The notes beneath the pieces were generated by a model that saw nothing but the letters and a program-made list of their open reading frames with translations, made no database searches and was not told the DNA's origin. This document shows positions 20,848 through 29,831 of a DNA stretch of 64,000 bases, piece after piece. The translations under genes were made by a program, and so were the position numbers. Numbering within the stretch: position 1 is the first letter of the stretch; each line of letters begins with the position of its first letter. Source of the stretch: Candidatus Magasanikiibacteriota bacterium (GTDB taxonomy: Bacteria; Patescibacteriota; Patescibacteriia; Magasanikbacterales; UBA922); NCBI GenBank assembly GCA_041665025.1, contig JBAYJP010000002.1, positions 64,691-128,690 of the forward strand, given 5' to 3'.

Positions 20848-21657
20848 TTATACCGTATCTATGTTATTACTAATCGAAAAGTCATTATCTTCTGTTCTTT
20901 GTTCATCTCTTTGATTGAAAGAATCGTCGAGTTTTTTCCAATCCAAAACCCATACTGTATCTTCTTTTTCTGAATCTTCATCATAATTAATCTGCCCTAC
21001 TCTCACAAAACCACATCTTTCCAACACGCGCTCGGAGTCCACATTCTCTGGGTCAGTGTAAGCTGTTATGGTTAAGTTGGGCTTTAATTCAGGTACTATA
21101 CCTTCGCCCCCACGAGATGGATCAAAACTTCTGCCTAACGTCTGACAAATTTGTCTAACGCCGCTAGATACAAGTCCTCGCTCCTCTTTTTTATCATATC
21201 TCCTCGTGTCGTGTAGACGGGCGTAACTTAATTCCATAACTAGATTTTGTTCGGGTATTTTTACCATTTCTTTTGTGGTCATCTCTTCGATTCTTCTCCC
21301 ATCTTCAGGAAGCATTTGCACCCAGCCCTCTATTTCGCCTTCACTTTCACGGCCACTTACACCATACAGCAATCTATCATTTCCATGTCCTTCAATAAGA
21401 TCTTTTATTTCATCGTCGGTCATTGGATCACCTATCATAAATTCTAAAGCTTTTGGGTTAACATCAGTTTCATGATACCTGTCTATATCTTCTTGTCTCA
21501 TTGCATTTAGAGGACGAATCCTTGCTCTTTCACCTTCGCCAAATGTCCATACACCTGTATCCTCAATTGTTTTCCCAGGTTCAGCGTCGATGTGGTTCCT
21601 TCCTCCTTCTGGGGCGTGCCATTGTCCTAACTCCTTTAGTCCTCTTTCATTTTCCAT
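20848..21657 (-). CDS. GNAT-like (RimL/RimJ-type) acetyltransferase-domain protein
   Basis: 'AYTDPENVDSERVLERCGF' motif B. Confidence 0.6.
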   Translation of the reverse strand: MENERGLKELGQWHAPEGGRNHIDAEPGKTIEDTGVWTFGEGERARIRPLNAMRQEDIDRYHETDVNPKALEFMIGDPMTDDEIKDLIEGHGNDRLLYGVSGRESEGEIEGWVQMLPEDGRRIEEMTTKEMVKIPEQNLVMELSYARLHDTRRYDKKEERGLVSSGVRQICQTLGRSFDPSRGGEGIVPELKPNLTITAYTDPENVDSERVLERCGFVRVGQINYDEDSEKEDTVWVLDWKKLDDSFNQRDEQRTEDNDFSISNNIDTV

Positions 21658-21678
21658 ATCATTAATTTAAAACTTTTG

Positions 21679-22680
21679 TTACATGCGTTCACACGCAGAA
21701 TCAATGATCTTCCGTATAAGTTCTTCGTAAGAAATCCCAACTGCTGTACATGCCATAGGTAAATCTGAATGTGTAGGATTCAACCCTGCGAGCGGATTTA
21801 TTTCAAGAAATTGTAACCTTCCATCTCTATCCATTTTTATATCCACTCTCCCGGCGTCCCGACACTCCAAGGCTTGATAGGCTTTTACCGCAATATCAAA
21901 GGCATCCTTGACGATTTCTTGGTCAGTGACAAGTTCATATTTTACTAGTTCTTCACACAATTCTTTGTTTACAAACGAGTAGACATCCTTTTCAGCGTTC
22001 TCAAGCAATTTTATTTCTAGCACTGAGATAGCTCGCGCTTTTTCTCCTGTTCCCCATACGCCGACTGTAAATTCCCTTCCAGGTAAAAATTCTTCTACTA
22101 AGACGGGCTGTTTGTATGTAGATAACAACTCTTGTGTCACTTTCGTCAACTCATCCTGATTATGTACAATGGAATGAGGGTTTACACCCTTACCCGTGCC
22201 CTCACTATTTGGCTTTACAAAGAGAGGAAAAAGTAATAAAAGTGTGTCGAGTTTCTGTAGATCTTCATACGACTTTATCGTATAAAAACCTGGCGTTTTT
22301 ATTCCCGCATCTCGTATTATTCTTTTGGCAACAGATTTATCTAAACTTACAGCCAACGTAAGAGGATCACTAAATGTGTAAGGAATATGGTAGGCTTCCA
22401 ACACAGCAGGAATTTGAGCTTCTCTATTTCTTCCATTCTCACCTTCGGCTATGTTAAACACAAGATCCCAACATCTACCATCGACAAGTTTTTTTTGAAG
22501 TTCAAAAAAATTCCCAATCCGCTCAACGGTATGACCAAGTTTTTCTATAGTATTAAACAAAGCGTCTATAGTAGCCGGGCTATCAAATTCAGCCTCTTCA
22601 AGAGAGCTGATATCTTTTTGATCTTCTTCCACAACAGAGGAACGTAAATTAAATGTCAAACCAATATGCATATAAGACAT
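21679..22680 (-). CDS. D-Ala-D-Ala ligase-like ATP-grasp protein
   Basis: 'AEFDS', 'FVKPNSEGTGKG', 'VEEFLPGREFTVG', 'FLEINPLAGL'. Confidence 0.85.
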   Translation of the reverse strand: MSYMHIGLTFNLRSSVVEEDQKDISSLEEAEFDSPATIDALFNTIEKLGHTVERIGNFFELQKKLVDGRCWDLVFNIAEGENGRNREAQIPAVLEAYHIPYTFSDPLTLAVSLDKSVAKRIIRDAGIKTPGFYTIKSYEDLQKLDTLLLLFPLFVKPNSEGTGKGVNPHSIVHNQDELTKVTQELLSTYKQPVLVEEFLPGREFTVGVWGTGEKARAISVLEIKLLENAEKDVYSFVNKELCEELVKYELVTDQEIVKDAFDIAVKAYQALECRDAGRVDIKMDRDGRLQFLEINPLAGLNPTHSDLPMACTAVGISYEELIRKIIDSACERM

Positions 22681-23729
22681 TATGTGACCCTTGTCTTTAA
22701 TCTATATGATAAGTTATTCAGTATGGTCTTTAATGTATCTTCAAAAGATATACCATACAAATTCAAAACATTACTAATAGCACAGTTACACTCAAGAGAT
22801 CCAAAAGCAGGGTTTGCATTAGAATCTATAATATAATATTTTCCGTTTCTCACATCCTCGCGAATATCAAACTTGGCATAGTCATTCATCTTCAACACAC
22901 AAAAAGCTTTCTGAATTTCCATTTCAAACTGGGTCCCTTTGATGTCTTCTCTTTTTTTATATTCAAATATGTCTTCATCCCCCCACTTGCCAATATGCGT
23001 ATCAATAACATACTTGCCCTGGCGTGTAAATTTTTTTTCTGTCACGTACACATGCATCTTATCTTCGGAGGCATTGTCCTCCAATACCATAGCAGTCAGT
23101 TCTTTTCCTTCAATATATTCTTCCACTATAACCGACTGGTGATATATAGACATCAATTTTTTCACCCTCTTCTGTAAATGCACCACGTCTTCGCTAATCG
23201 CTGACTCATCTATTTCTATGCTGCCATGAATCCCATTAAGTTTCGAAATCAATGGAAAATTCAACGTGTCGTGCAAAACAAAATCCTCTTTTTCAACAAG
23301 CTGATACGGGGGGATAGATATGTCATATTTTTCTAAAATAATATGCGATAGAAACCTATTACGATCATATATTAATCCCTCTGTTCCTGTACCTAAATAA
23401 GGTATACCCAATATGTCTAATACCGCCGGAAGACCAGGCCCAAAATCCTCTCTTCCATGGATAGTATCAGCCAAATTCAAGACGAATAGTGGATTATTTT
23501 TTGTGAGATAATCTATCATCTTATCGTCAGCGGGGACCGTGTCGACTGCAAATCCCAAATTCTCAAAATATGGAACTATTTTCCGAGCGTCATCACGCAA
23601 ATATGATTCTGCTACGTATTCAGCTTCGGTATTAAAGTATTCTCTTTTTGCCTCAGTATAAAGAATTACTACTTTTTTAGGTAAAAAAAAATTGTTTCCT
23701 TCTCTAATCATATTTTTGTCCTTTGACAC
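22680..23729 (-). CDS. D-Ala-D-Ala ligase-like ATP-grasp protein (divergent)
   Basis: 'LGIPYLGT', 'FPLISK', 'VEEYIEGKELT', 'YAKFDIR', 'IIDSNANP'. Confidence 0.75.
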   Translation of the reverse strand: MSKDKNMIREGNNFFLPKKVVILYTEAKREYFNTEAEYVAESYLRDDARKIVPYFENLGFAVDTVPADDKMIDYLTKNNPLFVLNLADTIHGREDFGPGLPAVLDILGIPYLGTGTEGLIYDRNRFLSHIILEKYDISIPPYQLVEKEDFVLHDTLNFPLISKLNGIHGSIEIDESAISEDVVHLQKRVKKLMSIYHQSVIVEEYIEGKELTAMVLEDNASEDKMHVYVTEKKFTRQGKYVIDTHIGKWGDEDIFEYKKREDIKGTQFEMEIQKAFCVLKMNDYAKFDIREDVRNGKYYIIDSNANPAFGSLECNCAISNVLNLYGISFEDTLKTILNNLSYRLKTRVT

Positions 23730-23748
23730 AGAAAATTATTTTGCCAAC

Positions 23749-23781
23749 TAAAAAACCCAGACGGCTTTTGTCGTTTGGGTT
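23749..23781 (-). terminator. intrinsic terminator in the 5' leader of the ATP-grasp/KamA operon
   Basis: Minus strand ACCCAAACGAC-AAAA-GCCGTCTGGGT-TTTTT, about 20 nt before the first gene. Confidence 0.7.
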
Positions 23782-23922
23782 ATGTCAAATAAATAATTGT
23801 TTATCTTAGGAAAAGGATCCAAATCTTGTGACCTTTCAAGGTCCATAAATACATATAATGGCTCTCGCCAATTTACCACACTGCGTGGAGCAGGCAGTAG
23901 AAGAACGGTTTCGTTCTCTCAA

Positions 23923-23950
23923 ATTGTACCACCACCATACGTGGTGTCAA
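23923..23950 (-). promoter_or_regulatory. sigma70-type promoter
   Basis: TTGACA-16nt-TACAAT with extended TG on the minus strand. Confidence 0.6.
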
Positions 23951-23960
23951 TAGATTTTTG

Positions 23961-26927
23961 CTACTTTTCCACAGAAAGGCTAAGAGACATTCCATCCAGC
24001 TTGACTTCAATTCCGCCAGCATGTTTTTTCAAATCTGTCGCAAGCGTTCCTTTTTTTATTTCATCGCCATATTCCTTAAACACTGTGTTTAGAAGTTCAT
24101 CAGACGTCTCATAGCCTACCACAACCGAGTCTTGAATAGTTAACTTTTGTTCTTTGCGCATTTGATTGATGGTGCGGACAATTTCTCGGACAAGGCCTTC
24201 TTTTTTAAGCTCACCATTAATCTCTGTATTCAACGCAACCTTTAAACTACCGTCTTCTTTCATTATCCAATTTTTTTCTAAATCTACAGCTTCACTTATT
24301 TCCTTTATATTTAATTCTTCAGAAATAATAACCTTCAATTCGTTTGAAAATTGAAAATTAAAAATTGAAAATTGTGAAAGTGGCTGTCGTACTTTTATAC
24401 CTGCTTCAGCACGTAACGCAAGACCCATCTCAACAACCTTCCTCACCTGTGCCATATCAATTATAACTTGATCATCTATCATTTTTTCATCAACCTCTGG
24501 CCACTTTTCTAAATGCACACTTTCACAATCAGTTCCTTGTTCGTTGTTCCTTGTTCCTTGGTACACTTTTTCTGCAATAAAAGGTGTAAATGGAGCCATT
24601 ACTTTGGACAAAGTTAGAAGCACTTCGCGCAAAACTGATGTCGCAACTTCCACGTCTTCGGAATTGTCGCCTTTGAAACGATCACGTGAGCGACGAACAT
24701 ACCAAGTTGACAGTTCATTAATAAATTCAAGAATTGGTCTACTTGCTGCAGTCATATTATAACCTTCCATGGCAACTGTCACATCTTTAACTAGTATCTG
24801 CAATTTGGCGAGAATCCATTTGTCCAATACACTCAAAGATTTCGAATTTCGAATCCTTAGACCCGGACTTAGGGTTTCGAATTTCGAATTTTTCGATCCG
24901 TACATCTCATAAAAAGCTACAACATTCCATAAGGTGTTATTCAATTTGTTAAAAATGTCTTTAACCTCGCGATCATTAAAATATAAATTATCTGCCTGCA
25001 TCACTACACTACTCATAAGATAATAACGCAAAGCATCTACGCCATATTCTTCAATTATTTTCCATGGATCAGTATAATTCATTTTTGACTTAGACAATTT
25101 TTCTCCTTTTTCATTCAAGATAGTACCCGTACATACCACATTTTCAAAACTAACATTATCAAACAATAAAACGGCCATGACATGCATGTAATAAAACCAC
25201 GCGCGCGTTTGAGCGATGTATTCTGCGATATACTGGCCTGGGAATCTTTTTTTGAAGGTCTCAACATTTTCAAATGGATAATGAAATTCAGCAAAAGGCA
25301 TAGACGCTGATTCTACCCAACAATCTATGACTTCTGGAATGCGTGTCATTTCTCCTCCACATTTCTCGCATTTCAGCTTGATTTTGTCCACGTTGTGCTT
25401 GTGCAAATCTAATTCTTCGACTTTGTCTGTTTTATAGACTTCATCAAAATTAATTGCTTTTTCTTTTAGCTCTTGTACACTCCCAATACATACCGTTCCG
25501 TCACATTCTTTATTATTACATTTCCAAAATGGCAAGGGGGTTGCCCAAAAACGATTACGGGAAATATTCCAGTCTGGCGCGGTTTCCAAAATATTCAAAA
25601 ACCGTCCGTGCTTAAGATTGTCTGGGAACCAATTAACTTTTTCGTTAAATTCAATAATTCTTTTTTTCTTGTCTTGGATATTTATAAACCATGCAGAAAT
25701 AGCGTTGTAAAAAAGTTGTGTATCACAACGCCAGCAATGTGGGTATGAGTGTGTATGACTCTGTCGTGCAAACAACAATCCGCGATTTTCCAAATCATCT
25801 TTAATCGCTTTCTCTGCTTTTTTGAAATATTGACCTCGTATAAACTCCGGAGATAATTCATTGAAATGTCCTTTGTCATCAAGCAAGGGAACCACCGGCA
25901 AACCAATTTTCAACCCTAAGTTATAATCGTCCTCACCATATACAACAGCGGTATGTACCACGCCAGTTCCTTCTTCAGTCGTCACAAAATCCGCGCTAGT
26001 CACATACCACGCTTTTTTGCCCGTTTCGTGAATAGCGGGAATATCAAATAATGGTTCGTATTCCAAACCTACTAAATTTCCACCCAATACCTGCTGTACT
26101 ACTTCAAACTCCTTTCCTTCAACATAATTCATCAATCTATCCTTGGCAATAATATAGTGATCTTCTCCCAATTTTACGAGGCTATATTCAATTTTTTCTC
26201 CTACTGCCAATGCCACATTTCCCGGCAATGTCCACGGCGTAGTCGTCCATGCTAGAATATATGTATTTTCCGGCAACTCAATCTTTTGATCTTTTGATCT
26301 TTTGATCTTAAATTTCGCGGTTACCGTCTCTTCTTTAATATCCTTATAACTATCGTCCATCGCAATTTCTGCTTTTGAAACCGGCGTTTCACAGTGCGGA
26401 CAATACATAAGTACTTTTCTGCCTTCGTAAATCAAACCTTTATCCCAAATTGTTTTGAGAGACCACCATACGGATTCCATGTACACAGGATCCATGGTCT
26501 TGTACGCATTATCAAACTCAACCCAGCGGCCAATTCTATTGACCATTTTTTTCCACTCCTTTGTGTACATGAGAACTTTTGATTGACATGCTTCATTAAA
26601 TTTATCCACACCCAAATTTTCTTCAATCTGTTTTTTTCCTGAAACTTTCAATTCTTTTTCGACCAAATTTTCAATTGGTAACCCATGACAATCCCACCCC
26701 CAACGCCTTCGCACACGATAACCTTTCATAGTCCAGTAGCGAGGGACTACATCTTTAATTACTGAACTCAAGATATGCCCGTAATGAGGCAAGCCTGTCG
26801 CAAACGGAGGTCCATCATAAAATACATACGGATTATTTTCCGGACGTTCACTCACTGATTTTTCAAAACACTGGTGCTCGTCCCAGTACTTCAAAATTTC
26901 TTGTTCGTTTTGGTTGGCATTGTACAT
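23961..26927 (-). CDS. ileS: isoleucine--tRNA ligase (type 2-like)
   Basis: 'FYDGPPFATGLPHYGH', 'GWDCHGLP', 'WTTTPWTLP', 'DWNISRNRFW', 'KLSKS'; upstream T-box carries an AUC specifier. Confidence 0.93.
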   Translation of the reverse strand: MYNANQNEQEILKYWDEHQCFEKSVSERPENNPYVFYDGPPFATGLPHYGHILSSVIKDVVPRYWTMKGYRVRRRWGWDCHGLPIENLVEKELKVSGKKQIEENLGVDKFNEACQSKVLMYTKEWKKMVNRIGRWVEFDNAYKTMDPVYMESVWWSLKTIWDKGLIYEGRKVLMYCPHCETPVSKAEIAMDDSYKDIKEETVTAKFKIKRSKDQKIELPENTYILAWTTTPWTLPGNVALAVGEKIEYSLVKLGEDHYIIAKDRLMNYVEGKEFEVVQQVLGGNLVGLEYEPLFDIPAIHETGKKAWYVTSADFVTTEEGTGVVHTAVVYGEDDYNLGLKIGLPVVPLLDDKGHFNELSPEFIRGQYFKKAEKAIKDDLENRGLLFARQSHTHSYPHCWRCDTQLFYNAISAWFINIQDKKKRIIEFNEKVNWFPDNLKHGRFLNILETAPDWNISRNRFWATPLPFWKCNNKECDGTVCIGSVQELKEKAINFDEVYKTDKVEELDLHKHNVDKIKLKCEKCGGEMTRIPEVIDCWVESASMPFAEFHYPFENVETFKKRFPGQYIAEYIAQTRAWFYYMHVMAVLLFDNVSFENVVCTGTILNEKGEKLSKSKMNYTDPWKIIEEYGVDALRYYLMSSVVMQADNLYFNDREVKDIFNKLNNTLWNVVAFYEMYGSKNSKFETLSPGLRIRNSKSLSVLDKWILAKLQILVKDVTVAMEGYNMTAASRPILEFINELSTWYVRRSRDRFKGDNSEDVEVATSVLREVLLTLSKVMAPFTPFIAEKVYQGTRNNEQGTDCESVHLEKWPEVDEKMIDDQVIIDMAQVRKVVEMGLALRAEAGIKVRQPLSQFSIFNFQFSNELKVIISEELNIKEISEAVDLEKNWIMKEDGSLKVALNTEINGELKKEGLVREIVRTINQMRKEQKLTIQDSVVVGYETSDELLNTVFKEYGDEIKKGTLATDLKKHAGGIEVKLDGMSLSLSVEK

Positions 26928-26952
26928 ATTTAAAAAATTATAAGATAATAGA

Positions 26953-27025
26953 TGTACGAAATACGAAAACTGCGAAAGGTGCGAAAAATATATTTCGAAT
27001 ATTTCGTAGTTTTCGTATTTCGTAC
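26953..27025. repeat. family E inverted array (TACGAAA/TGCGAAA ... TTTCGTA)
   Basis: GTACGAAATACGAAAAC ... GTTTTCGTATTTCGTAC, between the T-box and the ileS start. Confidence 0.8.
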
Positions 27026-27030
27026 ATAAA

Positions 27031-27200
27031 TAAAAAACACGCTTTCACACGTGCCAAGAGTCGCGTGGTCCAAAGGACTTTACGCGACGGTACCATCTTG
27101 AGCTTTAACTTGATTACAGCTTTTACGGGCTTACCCGTGGAGTTCTACTCATCTTTCAGACTTTCTTCTCCAGGCTTGCCGCTGATAACGGCTTAACGCT
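27031..27200 (-). promoter_or_regulatory. ileS T-box riboswitch with ultrashort Stem I
   Basis: GCCGTT-ATC-AGCGGC hairpin, stem II TGGAG-AAGAA...AGTAGAA-CTCCA, IIA/B CGGG-TAAG-CCCG, antiterminator CAAGA-TGGTACC-GTCGCGT...ACGCGAC-TCTTG. Confidence 0.85.
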
Positions 27201-27306
27201 TTTGTGATTATATTGAAATTATACTAAATAATAACAAAAAGTCAACAGTTGAGCCAAACAAAACATCATGATACAATACTCACGTCATACACTCTAAGCC
27301 AACCAT

Positions 27307-27759
27307 ATGTACACCAACCCCCTTTTCATCGCCTCTGATCACGGCGGTTATCAACTCAAAAAACGAGTTATACGTTATATTGAAAATGAACTCAAAGGTA
27401 AGGTCGAAGATCTTGGACCACATGAACATGTTGAAACTGATGACTATCCAGACTACGTCATACCGCTTGCGCATAAAGTCGTTGAAACACAAGGACGCGG
27501 TATTGTAATATGTCGCAATGGAGTTGGGGTTTGTATTGCCGTAAATAAAGTGAAAGGAATAAAATGTGGTATTGGGTATAATATTGCTGCAGCAGAAAGT
27601 ATGATGAAGGATGATAACACAAATATTATTTCCCTTGCTGCGGATCATCTGTCCGAAGATCACGCCATGGCAGTGGTAAAAAAATGGTTAGAGACTGAGT
27701 TTAGTGGAGAAGAAAGACACGTCCGGAGATTGAAAAAGGTTGAAGAAATAGAGAAATAA
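27307..27759 (+). CDS. rpiB: ribose-5-phosphate isomerase B
   Basis: 'IASDHGG', 'DYPDY', 'GIVICRNGVGVCIAVNKVKGI', 'ERHVRRL'. Confidence 0.9.
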   Translation: MYTNPLFIASDHGGYQLKKRVIRYIENELKGKVEDLGPHEHVETDDYPDYVIPLAHKVVETQGRGIVICRNGVGVCIAVNKVKGIKCGIGYNIAAAESMMKDDNTNIISLAADHLSEDHAMAVVKKWLETEFSGEERHVRRLKKVEEIEK

Positions 27760-27867
27760 AAATTCAAAACGCAAAACTCAAAAATCAAAATTTGCAACTA
27801 AAAACTAATAAACTTTAAGTTTTAAGTTTACATTTTGAGTTCTGAGTTTTGAACTTTGAGTTATTTT

Positions 27868-28515
27868 ATGCAAATCATCCCCTCAATCCTCGTTCAATCT
27901 AAAGAAGAATTTCTTCGTGAAATAAAGTCTGTCCAAAAATCAGTAGATATGGTTCAGCTTGATATCGCTGATGGAATTTTTGTACCACACACAACGTGGA
28001 TGGATCCAGATATAGTAAAAAAGAATGCAAAAATTGATGTGGAACTTCATCTCATGGTTAGTGAACCTCTGAAAGAATTAAAAAAATGGGCCACAGTCGA
28101 ACAAGTACAGCGCATTTACGTACATTTTGAATCCGAAGAAAACTTGAAAAATATTATGCCCACACTCCATGCGTATGGATGGGATATTGGTATCGCATTA
28201 AATCCAGACACACCAACAAGTGTACTTGATCCATATATAAAAGAAATCAAAGCAGTGATGTTTATGGGAGTAACTCCGGGAAAACAGGGACAAAAACTGA
28301 TTCCTGAAGTGCTAGAGAAGATGGTTGATTTTATTTCCAAAAATCCAAACATATTTACCGCAATCGACGGAGCTGTAAATGAAGAAACGCTGACAGATAT
28401 TGTAAAAACGGGTGTTAAAGCTATTTGCCCAGGGAGTGCAATATTTAAAAATGAGAGAGAACCGAGGGAGAACGTAAAAAGAATGGGGGAAATAATTAAC
28501 AGGTTGACAGTTTAA
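27868..28515 (+). CDS. rpe: ribulose-phosphate 3-epimerase
   Basis: 'IIPSIL', 'DIADGIFVP', 'ELHLMV', 'MGVTPGKQGQ', 'IDGAVN'. Confidence 0.88.
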   Translation: MQIIPSILVQSKEEFLREIKSVQKSVDMVQLDIADGIFVPHTTWMDPDIVKKNAKIDVELHLMVSEPLKELKKWATVEQVQRIYVHFESEENLKNIMPTLHAYGWDIGIALNPDTPTSVLDPYIKEIKAVMFMGVTPGKQGQKLIPEVLEKMVDFISKNPNIFTAIDGAVNEETLTDIVKTGVKAICPGSAIFKNEREPRENVKRMGEIINRLTV

Positions 28516-28656
28516 TTAGCTCGGGATACAATTTCTGCACTCTGTGAAAATTCAAAACGCAAACCTCAAAAGTCAAAACTATAGCTAAAAACTAACAAGC
28601 TTTACGTTTTGATTTTACATTTTGATCTTTGAGTTTTGAATTTTGAGTTATCTAAT

Positions 28657-29631
28657 ATGAAAAATAACGACATTCTCGACCTGGTCATCATTGGTGCCGC
28701 CGCTGCTGGTTCAGCAGCTGCTGTCTATGCTGCACGCAGAAATCTTAATTTTGTTGTGGTTACGAAAGATATTGGGGGTGAAGTGGCACTATCTGGCGAA
28801 GTAGAAAATTGGCCTGGTACCGTGCATACGACTGGCTTTAAACTCGCACAAGATTTTCATGAGCACATGAAATCATACAATGTACCCATAGAAGAAGGAT
28901 ACGAGGTTGTAAGTATACAAGCAGTAAAAAATTACCATATAGTAACAACGAAAAATAGCCTGGGCGAAAAAAAAACATATACCGCAAAAGCAGTTATTAT
29001 CTCAAGTGGAATCCATCCGCGCCTTTTGAATATTCCTGGCGAAAAAGAATACTACGGCAGAGGTGTAACATATTGTACCGTATGCGATGGTCCCCTATAT
29101 AGAGGAAAAGTGACTGCAACAGTGGGCGGTGGAAATTCTGCTCTCGAGTCAGCACTCATGATGGCTGGTATTGCCACAAAAGTATATTTGATAACCAAAT
29201 ATCCAAATACCAAAGAAAATAACTGGGGATTCCCAAAAGGGGAAAATATTTTGATTGAAAAAATAAAAGAACATGCAAATATAGAAGTGATATACAACGC
29301 AAATACAAAAGAAATAGTAAACGATGGAAGTTTTGTGAGTGGGCTGATATATGAAGATACCGATTCAAAAGAAGAAAAGAGAATTGATATCCAGGGAGTG
29401 ATGGTACACGTCGGACAAATCCCTAATTCAAATTTTGTATTATGCGGATCAAAAAATACGATCGGTGAGATAGAAGTAGATACCAAGTGCAAGACAAATT
29501 GCCCGGGTATTTTTGCTGCCGGAGATGTTACCAATGTTCCATTTAAACAAATTGCCATTGCCGCAGGACATGGAGTAACGGCAGCCTTGAGTGCAATAGA
29601 GTATATAAATAAGTGGAAAGAAGAAGTGTAA
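28657..29631 (+). CDS. thioredoxin reductase-like FAD/NAD(P) oxidoreductase
   Basis: 'GVTYCTVCDG' CxxC, 'VGGGNSA', 'IFAAGDVT'. Confidence 0.88.
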   Translation: MKNNDILDLVIIGAAAAGSAAAVYAARRNLNFVVVTKDIGGEVALSGEVENWPGTVHTTGFKLAQDFHEHMKSYNVPIEEGYEVVSIQAVKNYHIVTTKNSLGEKKTYTAKAVIISSGIHPRLLNIPGEKEYYGRGVTYCTVCDGPLYRGKVTATVGGGNSALESALMMAGIATKVYLITKYPNTKENNWGFPKGENILIEKIKEHANIEVIYNANTKEIVNDGSFVSGLIYEDTDSKEEKRIDIQGVMVHVGQIPNSNFVLCGSKNTIGEIEVDTKCKTNCPGIFAAGDVTNVPFKQIAIAAGHGVTAALSAIEYINKWKEEV

Positions 29632-29831
29632 ATAAAGATTACCCGCCCAAGGCGGGTCCGCCAGGGGGCGGAAAAGATTGTAAAATTACAAGATTACGAA
29701 TAAAAACGAGCAAGACTCGTTTTTATTATATCAATTTACATAATCTTTCAATCTTAGGCTCGCAGGGCCATAATCTTCAGTCTTTTGTGTTATTTTGCTA
29801 TAATCAGCTTATATTATTGCTGACTTCGCAT

